DNA of 64,000 bases from an uncultured Candidatus Saccharibacteria bacterium (GTDB taxonomy: Bacteria > Patescibacteriota > Saccharimonadia > Saccharimonadales > CAIOMD01): positions 22,152 through 86,151 of the forward strand of contig CAIOMD010000006.1 of NCBI GenBank assembly GCA_903859365.1, written 5' to 3'. This document shows positions 10,384-22,614 of this stretch, piece by piece. Under the pieces are notes generated by a model. That model was given only the letters and a program-made list of their open reading frames with translations. It was not told where the DNA came from and ran no database searches. Positions within the stretch are counted from its first letter, which is position 1, and every line of letters starts with the position of its first letter. Both the position numbers and the translations under genes were made by a program.

Positions 10384-11010
10384 CTACATACTTGTTGTAG
10401 GAGTAGTTGTAGGGGTTTTAGTGGTAGTGTTCGTAGTAGTAGATGTCGTAGGCGTTGGCGTAGTGTTCAATGTGCCATCGTTGTTAAGCGAAGGAGCGGT
10501 CGGGATAGTTACTGTCGCACAAGGTTTGCCACACGTTGTTTTGAGTTGATTGGCTACAGTTGCGAGAGAAGTACCATACGTTGTAAGTGCGTCAACTGAA
10601 GATTTTAGATCTTTTGCCATCATCGATGACTGTGTGCTTGCTGAAATGGTAGCATTTTGTGTAGCTATAGTTTTGTTTAGACCATCGATTGTGACTTTGT
10701 CTTTTGAGTTTTGGTACATATAGCCACCAACTCCACCAAGTACTAGGAATACAACTGCAATGACGACAAATAAAAGAAGTGAGCCAGTCATTGATGATTT
10801 CTTCATAGTGACAACTGGAGGTAGCGATGAAGGGGTGTCAGGTGCAAACATTGCACTCATATCAGGTGCAGCAGCTTGAGGTGTTGGCGCGCTCATTACT
10901 GGTGCAGTGGGAACTGTTTGCATTGGTCGAGTGGCCCCTTGATTGAAGCCATCAACTGAGGCTGTCGGTTGGGGATTAGGGTTAAATGAAGTTGGCTGAT
11001 TATTGTCCAT
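10384..11010 (-). CDS. Single-TM protein with Pro-rich N-terminus, coiled coil and Thr-rich tail
   Basis: Composition and one TM helix; AAAGGA RBS. Confidence 0.7.
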   Translation of the reverse strand: MDNNQPTSFNPNPQPTASVDGFNQGATRPMQTVPTAPVMSAPTPQAAAPDMSAMFAPDTPSSLPPVVTMKKSSMTGSLLLFVVIAVVFLVLGGVGGYMYQNSKDKVTIDGLNKTIATQNATISASTQSSMMAKDLKSSVDALTTYGTSLATVANQLKTTCGKPCATVTIPTAPSLNNDGTLNTTPTPTTSTTTNTTTKTPTTTPTTSM

Positions 11011-11078
11011 ACGTAAATATCCTTTATATTAAGCTTATGCTTAGTATAGCAAAAAAAGGGGAACAGCAAAATTATAAT

Positions 11079-11488
11079 CTAGCGATTTTTTCTTCGACGT
11101 ATTCGTGCGACATCGAGACGTATCGCATGACGATCTACGAGTTGTCTTGCTCGTTGAAGCTCAATTTTAGTTTGAGCATTATTTTGAAGTTCTTGGGCTA
11201 ATTTCATAGATGCTGCAATTTCTGATTCAACAAGACTATCAGCATGATCGACTTCATCCGCAAGGAGAGTGGCTTTATTATCTTCTATTTCAAGAATTCC
11301 ACCATAAATAGCAAAAATGTCTTCTTTCTTTGCTTTAGTACGAATTGTCAGCGGTCCACCAAGCACAATCGCAGTTAGCGGCTCGTGATGAGACATGATA
11401 ACTGTATCGCCTTCTGAAGTTCTAAGTAGCACTTCAGAGACGTTATCGTGATACTCTGTTCCAGCAAGTGTAATTAGTGAAAAATCCA

Positions 11489-11489
<1 letters not shown>
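11079..11489 (-). CDS. atpC: ATP synthase epsilon subunit
   Basis: HHEPL, GGILEI; last gene of the atp operon. Confidence 0.92.
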
Positions 11490-12901
<1,412 letters not shown>

Positions 12902-13753
12902 TTATCCATTTGCTGCCTCTGCTCCTGCAGTAATTTCCGCTAGCTCTTGGGTAATTGCAGCCTGTCGAGCATTATTATATGCAAGGGTTAGGTCAGCTAT
13001 AAGGTCTGAAGCATTATCGGTGGCATTCTTCATGGCAAGCATGCGGGCTGCCTGTTCAGCTGCCTTAGCTTCGAGCAGTGCCTGCATCAGTTGCGCCTCC
13101 AACAGACGCTTCAGGACAAAATCTAGCAACTGATCTACTTCTGGCTCGTAGGTTGTGTTAGAACTTACTGGAACAGTAGGAGGTGCAATGGGTAGTAGCT
13201 GAGTAACCAAAACGTCCTGTTTAACAATTGATGTAAAGGTTGTCGAAATGAGCTGAACACTATCTACCTTGCCAGAAACAAATTGATCTATAGCTTCGCT
13301 GAGCACCGGTTGAATAATGGCAACATCTGGGTTCTCAGTATCAGTCATATAGGCTAAAACTTCGTTTAGTTGCGTTGTTCGAGCGACATGCTGGGCTATG
13401 TATTTACCAATTCCAATAACTGGCTGATCTACACCGCTATTAAGCGTATATTTAGCAATTGCACGAAGCACATTGCTGTTGTAAGCGCCGGCTAACCCTC
13501 TATCACTTGATATAGCAATAATAAGCGCCTTCTTGCCATTTCGTTTTGCAAAGAAAGGATGATAGTGCGCTTCTGAGGCACTCGATAATTTTTCAAGCAT
13601 CTTCGTTCCTACTGCAATGTAATCCTTAGGTCCGAGTGCAGCTTCCTGAGCTTTTCGAAGTTTAGAAGCAGCCACAAGTTGCATAGCTTTAGTAATCTGT
13701 TTTGTATTAGTTACAGATTTTATGCGTTGCTTGATACCTTGTTGCGCTGCCAT
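12902..13753 (-). CDS. atpG: ATP synthase gamma subunit
   Basis: ITKAMQLVAASK, SDRGLAG, RQAAITQELAEI. Confidence 0.98.
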   Translation of the reverse strand: MAAQQGIKQRIKSVTNTKQITKAMQLVAASKLRKAQEAALGPKDYIAVGTKMLEKLSSASEAHYHPFFAKRNGKKALIIAISSDRGLAGAYNSNVLRAIAKYTLNSGVDQPVIGIGKYIAQHVARTTQLNEVLAYMTDTENPDVAIIQPVLSEAIDQFVSGKVDSVQLISTTFTSIVKQDVLVTQLLPIAPPTVPVSSNTTYEPEVDQLLDFVLKRLLEAQLMQALLEAKAAEQAARMLAMKNATDNASDLIADLTLAYNNARQAAITQELAEITAGAEAANG

Positions 13754-13755
13754 AG

Positions 13756-15303
13756 TTAGTTCTTCTTAGCCTTATCGTGGCCAAAACTTTTAGCAATTTT
13801 TTCAGCAATCTTAACAACTTTTTCAACGTCAGCGTCTTCTGGCTTCGTTCCTTTATCCAAGGAAGCATAAATAGTCTTCTCAGACTTTTTAACTTCAGCA
13901 ATAACACGCGTTACCGCTGATTCAACATCTTTGTTAGTCAAACGATCGAGCGCGCCCTTTGTAGCAGCAATCATGGCAATCACTTGTTCGGCAACGCTGA
14001 GGGGCTGAAATTGCTTTTGTTTTAGTACTTCAGTCAACAGACGACCACGATCGATTCTGTTTTTCGTATCTTCATCAAGGTCGCTCGAGAACTGAGCAAA
14101 ACTAGCAAGTTCTCTAAACTGTGCAAGTTCAAGACGAAGTGTTCCAGCAACACTCTTGGTTGCTTTTGTTTGGGCAGCACCACCGACACGCGATACTGAA
14201 AGTCCAACTGAAATAGCAGGGCGGATACCTTGGTAGAACAAATTTGTTTCAAGGAAGATCTGGCCATCAGTAATTGAAATGACGTTGGTTGGAATGTAGG
14301 CGCTAATATCGCCAGCCTGCGTTTCAATAATAGGAAGAGCAGTGAGACTTCCACCACCAAGATCATCAGATAATTTAGCAGAACGCTCAAGGAGTCGTGA
14401 ATGCAAGTAAAAGACATCACCTGGATAGGCTTCACGACCTGGTGGGCGACGAAGTAGTAATGACATTTGTCGGTAAGCAACAGCGTGCTTAGAAAGATCG
14501 TCATAGATTATCAAGGCGTGTTGCTTATTGTCGCGGAAGTATTCAGCCATTGCGGTTCCTGTATAGGGCGCAAGATAGAGCATGCTTGCGGCATCCGAAG
14601 GGCTGGTCGCGACGACAATAGTTTGATCCATAACTCCTTCAGTCTTAAGTCGTTCAACGAGGGCTGCAACCTTTGCACTCTTTTGTCCGATGGCGACGTA
14701 CACGTTAATAACACCAGTCTTTTGACGAGCTTGGTTGATCATTGTATCGACTGCAATTGCCGTTTTGCCAGTTTGACGATCACCAATTAAAAGTTCTCGC
14801 TGTCCTCGACCAATCGGTACCATAGTGTCGATTGCAATAATACCTGTTGCCAGTGGCTCATTAACACTCTTTCGTTCCATTACTCCAGGAGCAGGTCGTT
14901 CAATAAGACCCATTTGCTTTGTTTTAATTGGACCAAGTCCATCAAGAGGAAGTCCAAGTGGGCTCACTACTCGTCCAACAAGCTCAGGGCCGACAGGTAC
15001 TTCAAGTGTATTTCCAGTAAGCGTCGCTTTAGCACCGGCATTAACACCAACTTCGCTCCCCAAAATAACTGCACCAATTTCATCCTCATAAAGATTAAGC
15101 GCAAAGGCTTCAACTTTAGCTCCATCCTTTGTTTCAATAGCAATAACATCACTAAAGCCACAATCTCTGAGCCCGTAGATCCAAACGATACCATCACTAA
15201 CTTTAGTGACAACACCCGATTGTTCCATTTTTGCCCCATCCTTAAGACCATTGATTGCATCATCAATCTCTCGGCTCAGGGCTTTCACATTTAAATCACT
15301 CAT
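13756..15303 (-). CDS. atpA: ATP synthase alpha subunit
   Basis: [31 protein letters not shown]. Confidence 0.99.
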   Translation of the reverse strand: MSDLNVKALSREIDDAINGLKDGAKMEQSGVVTKVSDGIVWIYGLRDCGFSDVIAIETKDGAKVEAFALNLYEDEIGAVILGSEVGVNAGAKATLTGNTLEVPVGPELVGRVVSPLGLPLDGLGPIKTKQMGLIERPAPGVMERKSVNEPLATGIIAIDTMVPIGRGQRELLIGDRQTGKTAIAVDTMINQARQKTGVINVYVAIGQKSAKVAALVERLKTEGVMDQTIVVATSPSDAASMLYLAPYTGTAMAEYFRDNKQHALIIYDDLSKHAVAYRQMSLLLRRPPGREAYPGDVFYLHSRLLERSAKLSDDLGGGSLTALPIIETQAGDISAYIPTNVISITDGQIFLETNLFYQGIRPAISVGLSVSRVGGAAQTKATKSVAGTLRLELAQFRELASFAQFSSDLDEDTKNRIDRGRLLTEVLKQKQFQPLSVAEQVIAMIAATKGALDRLTNKDVESAVTRVIAEVKKSEKTIYASLDKGTKPEDADVEKVVKIAEKIAKSFGHDKAKKN

Positions 15304-15689
15304 TACTTTACTCCTTCAATAATTTTGGCTAGTCGACTTTGGATACTTGCATCGAGCGCTGCTTCTGGTGTTTTAATAATAATTCCACCTATCAGTTTGC
15401 GATCTACTCTGTAAGTACATTCAAGTGTGGTTGCTCCAGTCATATCTTTAATGCTCGTTTCAACTTGTTTTTTAGTTACCTGGCTTAATTCTCGAGCGGA
15501 AGTAATCGAAACGCAGTAGTATCCGTGTTTTGTAAGCGCTCTGGCAACATCATTTACGAGATAATTAACTTGCCGTGTTTTATTGTGCGCCTGCAGCCAG
15601 GAAGCTACTTCAGCCATAACTTTTTTTGAATTTGTCCCTGCAAAAATTTTATCGGCAAGGTAATCTGCAACTTGCGTTCGTGATGTCAT
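15303..15689 (-). CDS. atpH: ATP synthase delta subunit (short form)
   Basis: ITSAREL...LIGGIII...DASI; lies between atpF and atpA. Confidence 0.88.
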   Translation of the reverse strand: MTSRTQVADYLADKIFAGTNSKKVMAEVASWLQAHNKTRQVNYLVNDVARALTKHGYYCVSITSARELSQVTKKQVETSIKDMTGATTLECTYRVDRKLIGGIIIKTPEAALDASIQSRLAKIIEGVK

Positions 15690-16216
15690 TTAGCTGCGTC
15701 CTTGATTTGTTTTTCAATTTCCATCATATCTTTTTCAGAAGTTAGCTTATCTCCTATAAAAACTGATGCCACCTTAACGACAAGCTTGCTCGTTTCAGAA
15801 ACGAGCTCAGTTCTCGCTTTTTCTACATCACGAGATAATTGATTACGCGCTTCAGTAATAATGTTTTCAGCTCTGAGATTTGCTTTATCCTCAATGGTCT
15901 TTAGAAGTTGTGAAGCTTCGCCATGTGCGCCTGCTAAAATTTCATCGGCTTCAGTTCGAGCTTCAGCAAGTATCTTGTCAGCTTTTGATGTTGCTTGTTC
16001 GAGTGTTTTAGTCGCCTGAGCAGCTTCGTCTAGGCCCTTTTGAAGTTCTTCTTTTCTTTGATCCAAGATAGCAAGGATACGACGTATAGCGTATTTATTA
16101 AGAATCCAAAGTACGATAGCAAAAGCAATAATCTGAAAGGCAAGGCCTTTTAGATTAATGCCGAGCGAGGAAAGCCCGGATGCTGATTCTGTAACTGCGA
16201 AAGACGTGATATTCAT
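15686..16216 (-). CDS. atpF: ATP synthase b subunit
   Basis: N-terminal TM followed by a long charged helix; operon position. Confidence 0.93.
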   Translation of the reverse strand: MNITSFAVTESASGLSSLGINLKGLAFQIIAFAIVLWILNKYAIRRILAILDQRKEELQKGLDEAAQATKTLEQATSKADKILAEARTEADEILAGAHGEASQLLKTIEDKANLRAENIITEARNQLSRDVEKARTELVSETSKLVVKVASVFIGDKLTSEKDMMEIEKQIKDAAK

Positions 16217-16225
16217 TGAAATTTA

Positions 16226-16441
16226 TTACTTTGTTGTAAAGACGATAAGTAGAACGAATACCATTACAGCATCAACAAGACCAGCCATGATAAGTGCCAT
16301 GGTAAAGATCTTTGATTGGGCTTCTGGATTTCGACCTACAGAATTAACTGCTGCTGCACCAATAAGGCCAAGTCCGACAGCTGGTCCGATAGCACCAAGA
16401 CCAATGGTCAGTCCTTTTACTAATTCTGGGCTTAAATTCAT
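16226..16441 (-). CDS. atpE: ATP synthase c subunit
   Basis: Gly-rich helix 1, RNP loop, acidic Asp in GLVDAV. Confidence 0.95.
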   Translation of the reverse strand: MNLSPELVKGLTIGLGAIGPAVGLGLIGAAAVNSVGRNPEAQSKIFTMALIMAGLVDAVMVFVLLIVFTTK

Positions 16442-16463
16442 ATTATTTCTCCTATTACTTACG

Positions 16464-17315
16464 TTAATTTACTGATTCAACCTGTGTCATTTTTTGATCA
16501 CGGGGAGAATGCGAAGCATCATGGCTATCATCATGGATTGGTGTGGTAGACATAGCAAGGTACACCGATGATAACATCAAAAATAAATATGCCTGGATAG
16601 CACTAAAGAAAATTTCCATAAAAATAATTGGGACGGTACCGGCCCATGCAAAATTACCAGTTAGGACAGTAATAACACGGAGAAGTACTTCACCAGCATA
16701 GATAACACCAAACAATCGAAGTGCGAGTGTTACAAGTCGGATCAATTCAGTCAAGATTTCTAGTGGCCCAAGAAAGAAATTCATTGGGTTCCACCAAGGC
16801 TTCAAAATACTAAAATAGTGCTTAATATGGGGGATTGCTCCACGTTCGCGGACTGCATAAAACCAGACTGTTGACATAGCAATCAGCGCAAGGGCTAGTG
16901 TGCCATTAAGATCGGTTGTGAAGGGTCGAAGCAGTGGTGTCTGCTCTGCACCATGAGCAAGATAGATTGTGCCTCCCATGCCAGGCAGTAAGCCAAAAAG
17001 GTTATTTAGTAAAATAAACAAGAAAAAAGAAATGAAAAGGGGTAAAAATTTACGTGCTTTTTTTTCGTCCCCGTCAAAATTGGTTTTAATAGTATCAAGA
17101 ATAAACACGGTAATTATTTCAATGAAATAAACGAATCGTGAACCTGGACGAATCTTAAGACGTCGTGCTGAAAGAACAAAAACGCCAGTGATAATAAGTC
17201 CAATGATAATGCCTAGCAGCATCGAATTAGTCACGCCAAATCCAAAAACCGTAAATACATTCTCAGAAGCAAGCGGTACTGAAGAATCTACCGCAAAGTG
17301 AGAATATGCGCTCAT
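16464..17315 (-). CDS. atpB: ATP synthase a subunit
   Basis: NLFGLLPG, TLALRLFG (essential Arg), IQAYLF. Confidence 0.96.
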   Translation of the reverse strand: MSAYSHFAVDSSVPLASENVFTVFGFGVTNSMLLGIIIGLIITGVFVLSARRLKIRPGSRFVYFIEIITVFILDTIKTNFDGDEKKARKFLPLFISFFLFILLNNLFGLLPGMGGTIYLAHGAEQTPLLRPFTTDLNGTLALALIAMSTVWFYAVRERGAIPHIKHYFSILKPWWNPMNFFLGPLEILTELIRLVTLALRLFGVIYAGEVLLRVITVLTGNFAWAGTVPIIFMEIFFSAIQAYLFLMLSSVYLAMSTTPIHDDSHDASHSPRDQKMTQVESVN

Positions 17316-17498
17316 TTAGTACCCGCAATTTGCTGAGTAATATTTTTTGGTACAATCGAAGAAATCAAACTATTTTTATATAACGACATATTTGATTGTA
17401 TAGTAGCAAATAAACTGAGGTGTGGCAATAAAATTAACGGGTAGCGTTTTAGTAAATTCTAAATGTAATTCTCAGACTCTATATACTATAATTGTTTT

Positions 17499-17978
17499 AT
17501 GAAAAAATACTTTATTACCTTCGCCGCTGTCGCGATTCTTGGTATGCTCGTAATCTATTATGGGCCAACTGCTTTTAAATCAGGCAATCCTGCTAAAACC
17601 GGAGGTGGCCCCCTGGCATCTAGCGCGCCTACACAGTCAACTACACCTTCATCAACTACGACTAATTCCTCTACAACAACTACAGCTGTACAGTACAAGG
17701 ATGGTACCTACACTGGATCTGATGCCCAGAATCCCTATGGTGATGTCCAGATTTCAATTGTTATTAACGGCGGAAAAATAACAACTGTTAATCTACTTAC
17801 CATGCCAAATGCAGCTGAGCGGTCACAATATCTATCAAGTCAAGCAGGCCCTTTACTTCAATCGCAAACTATTAGTGCACAAAGTGCCCAAATTGATGGC
17901 GTATCTGGTGCCACATATACGAGCCAAAGTTACCAACAATCGTTACAATCAGCGCTCGATCAAGCAAAAGCAGCCTAA
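17499..17978 (+). CDS. Membrane-anchored FMN-binding (flavinylated) protein
   Basis: TM anchor, Ser/Thr linker, YKDGTYTG, DGVSGATYTS flavinylation motif. Confidence 0.9.
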   Translation: MKKYFITFAAVAILGMLVIYYGPTAFKSGNPAKTGGGPLASSAPTQSTTPSSTTTNSSTTTTAVQYKDGTYTGSDAQNPYGDVQISIVINGGKITTVNLLTMPNAAERSQYLSSQAGPLLQSQTISAQSAQIDGVSGATYTSQSYQQSLQSALDQAKAA

Positions 17979-17986
17979 ATAGAGCT

Positions 17987-18700
17987 ATGCGTAAAGTTCA
18001 AATCATAATGGGAATACCCATAAGTATTGATGTTCCTGATGGTACAGACAAAATACTATCTGATTCATTCAATATTTTTACTAAACTTGATGAGCGCTTT
18101 AGTACTTACAAAGAACAAAGTGAAGTATCAAGATTTAATAGGGGAATTGTCACAATAGAGGAATCATCTGAAGAATTTAGAAAAATATTTAACATTTGTG
18201 AACAACTAAAAAAAGAAACTGGTGGCTATTTTGATGCTCAATTCGATTCAGATTACGATCCAAGTGGCTATGTAAAAGCCTATGCAATCAATCAAGTGTC
18301 TCAATTCTTGAAACAATCCGGATATGAAACCTTTCTAATAAATGCAGGCGGAGACATTGTGGCAAATTCAAGTGATGCAAATACATGGAAGATTGGAATT
18401 TCTAATCCAAATGACACAAAAAAGATCCTGGCTCACCTAGAAGTAGATGCAATCGCTGTCGCCTCGTCAGGTAATTACGAAAGGGGTCATCATATAATAA
18501 ACCCGATTTCACGCATCACACCTGATTACTTTAAATCAGTAACAATTTTTGGTCCCTCTATTCTCATAGCGGATGTCTATGCAACCGTCATTTTTGCGAT
18601 GGGCAAAAAGGGGCTTTCAGTACTGAAGCAACTCCCGGGATACAGTTGTATATACATTAATAAAAATAATGAGCTGAGACAGCTCTTATCAAGCAAATGA
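17987..18700 (+). CDS. apbE: FAD:protein FMN transferase
   Basis: FSTYKEQSEVS, DPSGYVKAYA, NAGGD, ASSGNYERG, HIINP, ADVYAT. Confidence 0.93.
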   Translation: MRKVQIIMGIPISIDVPDGTDKILSDSFNIFTKLDERFSTYKEQSEVSRFNRGIVTIEESSEEFRKIFNICEQLKKETGGYFDAQFDSDYDPSGYVKAYAINQVSQFLKQSGYETFLINAGGDIVANSSDANTWKIGISNPNDTKKILAHLEVDAIAVASSGNYERGHHIINPISRITPDYFKSVTIFGPSILIADVYATVIFAMGKKGLSVLKQLPGYSCIYINKNNELRQLLSSK

Positions 18701-20002
18701 GAATTGCTCAGTAATAATCTGATCGTCATAAAAATCAAGATTCTTGAGCTGCTTAATAATCGAATTTGTCATGGCGGGAGGCCCACATACATAGACCGCT
18801 TCGTCTCTATCTTCTGCGACAAATTTCAAAAGAGTAGCTTCAGTGATATAGCCCGTTTCACTTGCAACATGAATCGCGAGCCTAAAGGTAGCTGGATAGG
18901 TATTTAAAAGTTGATTAAACTCTTCCTTGAAGGCAACATCCTCTCTATTGACAACACTATAGAGCACCGTTATGTCGCGTTTATCTTCTAGCAGTGATTT
19001 AGCGAGTGGTATAAAAGGAGATACTCCAATCCCACCAGCAATCATAAGAACCTTCCGATCAAATGAATGCTCCGTAACAAACGATCCACGAGGGCCATCA
19101 ACAAGTAATCGAGTGCCTACGGGCACTGATGCAAGCTTATTTGTAAAATCTCCCGAGGTCTTAAAGGTAAAACGTAAATGATCAGAACCGGGGACTGAAG
19201 AAAACGAAAAAGGATGGTTTTGTAAAAAAAACTTAGGGTTCAACATTCGCCAATGTGCGTATTGTCCCGCCTTATAGGTATACTTTTGAATATTCCGGCC
19301 TGAAATATATACAGAATAAATACCATTTGCTTCTGGTATAATTTTTTCAACTTTAAAACCATGGTATAAGCTGAGCGTAATGTGTCGAATAAAACGATAG
19401 TAGGCAACAATTACAAAAAGAAGGCCAAAAAGAAAATACCAGTATGCTCGCATCCAAGGAAGTGTCGATACATCACCACCACTATCTACCTGGTGAGAAA
19501 AGGTAAGGACTATACTGCCGTACACAATAACGTGAATAAAATACCAAAGCTCATATGGTAATTTTTTTCGTACTAATTTAATGCTGAACAAGGCAGCGAT
19601 TATAAGCGCAGCGGAACCGACCAAAGCACTGAGTAGACCTGAGAATTGACTCGGGAACGACCAGAATTGTTTCCAGAGGCTGAAATGGTCAAGTGCCCCA
19701 TAACCAACAGTAACAAACACAATATGAACTATAAGTGAATAGACAATGGTATATCCCGCATATCTATGAAATTCATTTATCTCCTCGAGCGAAAAATTAT
19801 CCTCAATAAAGGGAGCTCGACTCATAACTAAAAATTCAAGCAGTACTCCAGCGGTTGCTATAATCCCCGCGATACGGCTAATTGCTATAATGCGGTCGCT
19901 AGAAGTATTGAGCCCATGACCACTTTTAATGAACCAGCCATAAAACATAACTAGAAGGGCAAAAGCGATGATGGTGAGGATAAATTGTCTTTGTTTTTTC
20001 AT
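18689..20002 (-). CDS. Ferric reductase-like transmembrane domain fused to an FAD/NAD(P)H FNR domain
   Basis: Six TM helices with two His pairs (FHRY...IVHI; FIHV...FSHQ), HPFSFSS, GPRG, AGGIGVSP, CGP, EQF. Confidence 0.92.
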   Translation of the reverse strand: MKKQRQFILTIIAFALLVMFYGWFIKSGHGLNTSSDRIIAISRIAGIIATAGVLLEFLVMSRAPFIEDNFSLEEINEFHRYAGYTIVYSLIVHIVFVTVGYGALDHFSLWKQFWSFPSQFSGLLSALVGSAALIIAALFSIKLVRKKLPYELWYFIHVIVYGSIVLTFSHQVDSGGDVSTLPWMRAYWYFLFGLLFVIVAYYRFIRHITLSLYHGFKVEKIIPEANGIYSVYISGRNIQKYTYKAGQYAHWRMLNPKFFLQNHPFSFSSVPGSDHLRFTFKTSGDFTNKLASVPVGTRLLVDGPRGSFVTEHSFDRKVLMIAGGIGVSPFIPLAKSLLEDKRDITVLYSVVNREDVAFKEEFNQLLNTYPATFRLAIHVASETGYITEATLLKFVAEDRDEAVYVCGPPAMTNSIIKQLKNLDFYDDQIITEQFSFA

Positions 20003-20053
20003 AAATAAATATACTGCTAAGTATACCTTAGGCTGAGCTGAAGTCGATTAAAT

Positions 20054-20659
20054 TTAATTTAAATTTATTTGATTTACAAGTTCGTTGTAGCCTGGAACCT
20101 GATTTTGGAATAGGCTATTAATGCTCTGAGTTTTACCAGAGAATGTGCCCAATCCCGCACCGATACATGTAGTAGTCCATAAACTTGCAGGGGCATGTGA
20201 AATACCGTCCGAGCTATATGTAAATTTCTGGCCAAAGGGACATTGTCCAGCTATAGATTGTACAGCTGGTTTTGAACGCTCGGAAGTGAATCCAAGATTA
20301 TATATGGCGTGCAGAAACTCTAGATATGAAGTTTGGTTATTTGGAAATGATTGCGAGGTCAGAGGCAGATAGGTGTAGCCTTTGTAAATATTTAACACGA
20401 CTGATGAAGATGAAACAGTTACCTTAATACTGCGATGATCTGTATCATTATTCGTAACACCTTCTTGCAAAAAGCTCACGGAAGAAGTATTCGGAGAAGC
20501 CGTAAACGATGCAGCAATGGCAGCTGCACTGTTAACTGAATTTTTATTAGACTTACTAATCTGCGTAAGCTCATAAAAACAAAAAATAAATGCAACTAAT
20601 AGGATGCCGCCAAAAACAAGCGCGCGTAAAAATCGTAATCTGTATAGATGCGTATCCAT
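20054..20659 (-). CDS. Membrane-anchored hypothetical protein
   Basis: N-terminal TM; Cys pair in CPFG...WTTTC. Confidence 0.7.
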   Translation of the reverse strand: MDTHLYRLRFLRALVFGGILLVAFIFCFYELTQISKSNKNSVNSAAAIAASFTASPNTSSVSFLQEGVTNNDTDHRSIKVTVSSSSVVLNIYKGYTYLPLTSQSFPNNQTSYLEFLHAIYNLGFTSERSKPAVQSIAGQCPFGQKFTYSSDGISHAPASLWTTTCIGAGLGTFSGKTQSINSLFQNQVPGYNELVNQINLN

Positions 20660-20743
20660 ACCTTTAATATACCATATTTAAGCATAAATAGCAAGGTAGG
20701 GGTGCTAGATTAACAGCTTACATCGTTATACAATAATTTCAGT

Positions 20744-21376
20744 ATGACTAAATCAAAAATGGAACTCTTTCACGCAGAACTTGCTATTGGCATAGCAATT
20801 ACGCTGCAAGCACTCGTCAGCTCAAAACTAACGCTTGGGCCAAAATTCACCATGATAATACTTGAGATTATTCTTGCTGTTGGACTCCTACTAGTAAATC
20901 TTTCGAACCACGCACTATCTAAACCGCTAAAGCGATTTCTAGCGTATGTATTTATCTCAATAGTCACAATAGCCAATATATCGTCACTCGTGCTAGTATC
21001 GCGCGACCTCGTGCTTGGCACCACATTACCAGGAAAAACATTACTCTTTACAGCAGTATCGATTTTTCTTACCAACATTATTATGTTTGGACTGTGGTAC
21101 TGGGAAATAGATAGTCCAGGGCTCACTGGTCATTTCAAAGAAGATGCTAAAGCCCATTTTCTATTCCCTCAAATGGAAATGAAACACATAATTTCGGAAT
21201 GGCGGCCTACTTTTTTTGATTATCTCTATGTCTCAGTGACCAATGCTTCTGCCTTTAGTCCTACAGATGTTTTGCCTCTTACACACCGAGTAAAAGCACT
21301 TATGGGAACTCAATCAGTTGTTTCCTTACTTACTGTTGCCCTTGTAACTGCACGTGCTGTAAACATTCTATCGTAG
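20744..21376 (+). CDS. DUF1345-like membrane protein
   Basis: FLFPQM, WRPTFFDYLYVS.TN.SAFSPTDVLPL. Confidence 0.8.
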   Translation: MTKSKMELFHAELAIGIAITLQALVSSKLTLGPKFTMIILEIILAVGLLLVNLSNHALSKPLKRFLAYVFISIVTIANISSLVLVSRDLVLGTTLPGKTLLFTAVSIFLTNIIMFGLWYWEIDSPGLTGHFKEDAKAHFLFPQMEMKHIISEWRPTFFDYLYVSVTNASAFSPTDVLPLTHRVKALMGTQSVVSLLTVALVTARAVNILS

Positions 21377-22249
21377 ATGGTTTCCGAAAGAGACGAAAAC
21401 ACAAAAAACCACTAACACAATAAGAGATGATTTAAAGACACTTCGTGCCCACTTTTCACTCTCTCGAATTGCCGTCGTTTTATATGCCTTTAAAAACCAC
21501 CACACACTTACAGCAGCAAGTGCAAGGCTGAATATAACCCCTGTATAACTGAGCAAACTAAAGAGCATTACCACAATAAAGAATAAAACAATGTAGAGTT
21601 TAATAAGTTTTTGAGTTGCCCGAACACCTCTTTTTACTGAAATCACTGGAAGTCCAGCACTCAAATAATCCTGTTGTCGAAAGAGTGCAATTGCGTAAAA
21701 ATGAGCCATTTGCCAGGTAGTGAGGGCAAGAAATAACAATAGTGCTGGGACCGTGATGGATCCAGTCACGGCGGTAAATCCTGCTACTGGCGGTAGCGCT
21801 CCAGCAATAGCACCTATTTCTGTGCTGCGGATTGTCTTTCTTTTGGCGAGTCCATAAATAAGCACGTAATCAACGAGCGCAATGAGACCAAGCAGCACTG
21901 TCACGTTATTAGTTATGTGAATGAGCAGATAAAAGCCAAATACCGCAAGAAGTGATCCGAATATAAGTGCATTCTTGACCGAAATCCTGCCTGAAACAAT
22001 GGCTCTTTTTTTTGTTCTATCCATCTTAGCGTCAATGTTTCGATCAAGCACATTATTAAATACACAGCCCGATGCCATGATAAGACAAATTGAAAATAAA
22101 GAGCCAATCAGTAAAGAACCATTGAAGTGATGGCTACATGCAAGTAAAAACCCAGCAACTATCGAAAGAGCATTACCATAAATAATGCCCGGTTTGGTGA
22201 GTCGATAGTATTCTTTTATATTCTTTCTAGTTTGAGTTGAGAGAAACAC
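21368..22249 (-). CDS. cyoE: Heme o synthase (protoheme IX farnesyltransferase)
   Basis: LTKPGI, NNVLDRNIDAKMDRTKKR, WQMAHFYAIA. Confidence 0.96.
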   Translation of the reverse strand: MFLSTQTRKNIKEYYRLTKPGIIYGNALSIVAGFLLACSHHFNGSLLIGSLFSICLIMASGCVFNNVLDRNIDAKMDRTKKRAIVSGRISVKNALIFGSLLAVFGFYLLIHITNNVTVLLGLIALVDYVLIYGLAKRKTIRSTEIGAIAGALPPVAGFTAVTGSITVPALLLFLALTTWQMAHFYAIALFRQQDYLSAGLPVISVKRGVRATQKLIKLYIVLFFIVVMLFSLLSYTGVIFSLALAAVSVWWFLKAYKTTAIRESEKWARSVFKSSLIVLVVFCVFVSFGNHLR

Positions 22250-22251
22250 AG

Positions 22252-22614
22252 TTAAAATGCGCTGTCTGCCTGAGATGGCGTTATATTCATCATGTTGTAG
22301 TTAAGGTTGTCCATTATCCATATAGAGCCTAAAACTAGAATGATAATAACGCCAATTGCCGCAAGTAAGACATGTAAATTCCAACGAGGCTTTTTCTCAC
22401 GACCAAGATGTAAGAAAAAGACAAATTGAATTAGCATTTGTATTACTGCACAGGCGACTATGCTAATTCGAATAAATAAATGGCTATATACTACGTGACC
22501 ACTACTAACGTGTCGCCACACAATAAACCAGGCAAAAAGTGTAAGAAGTAACGACAAAAAGAAACCACAGAGATAGGCTTTAAATGCCTTTGATTGATAC
22601 ATCGATGTGTTCAT
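22252..22614 (-). CDS. cyoD: Cytochrome bo3 quinol oxidase subunit IV
   Basis: GFFLSLLLT, QFVFFLHL, GSIWIMDNLNYNMM. Confidence 0.95.
   Translation of the reverse strand: MNTSMYQSKAFKAYLCGFFLSLLLTLFAWFIVWRHVSSGHVVYSHLFIRISIVACAVIQMLIQFVFFLHLGREKKPRWNLHVLLAAIGVIIILVLGSIWIMDNLNYNMMNITPSQADSAF

Noticed and set aside
10384-10470. GTA/GTT/GTG-rich quasi-repeat
   Set aside because: Encodes the Thr/Pro-rich protein tail; not a CRISPR array or DNA repeat.
14034-15294. Several alternative-frame and antisense ORFs inside atpA
   Set aside because: Expected by-products of codon bias in a highly conserved gene.
17455-17475. AATTCT direct repeat upstream of the FMN-binding gene, a possible response-regulator box
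   Set aside because: Only 6 bp in AT-rich DNA, and not repeated at the partner ferric-reductase promoter.
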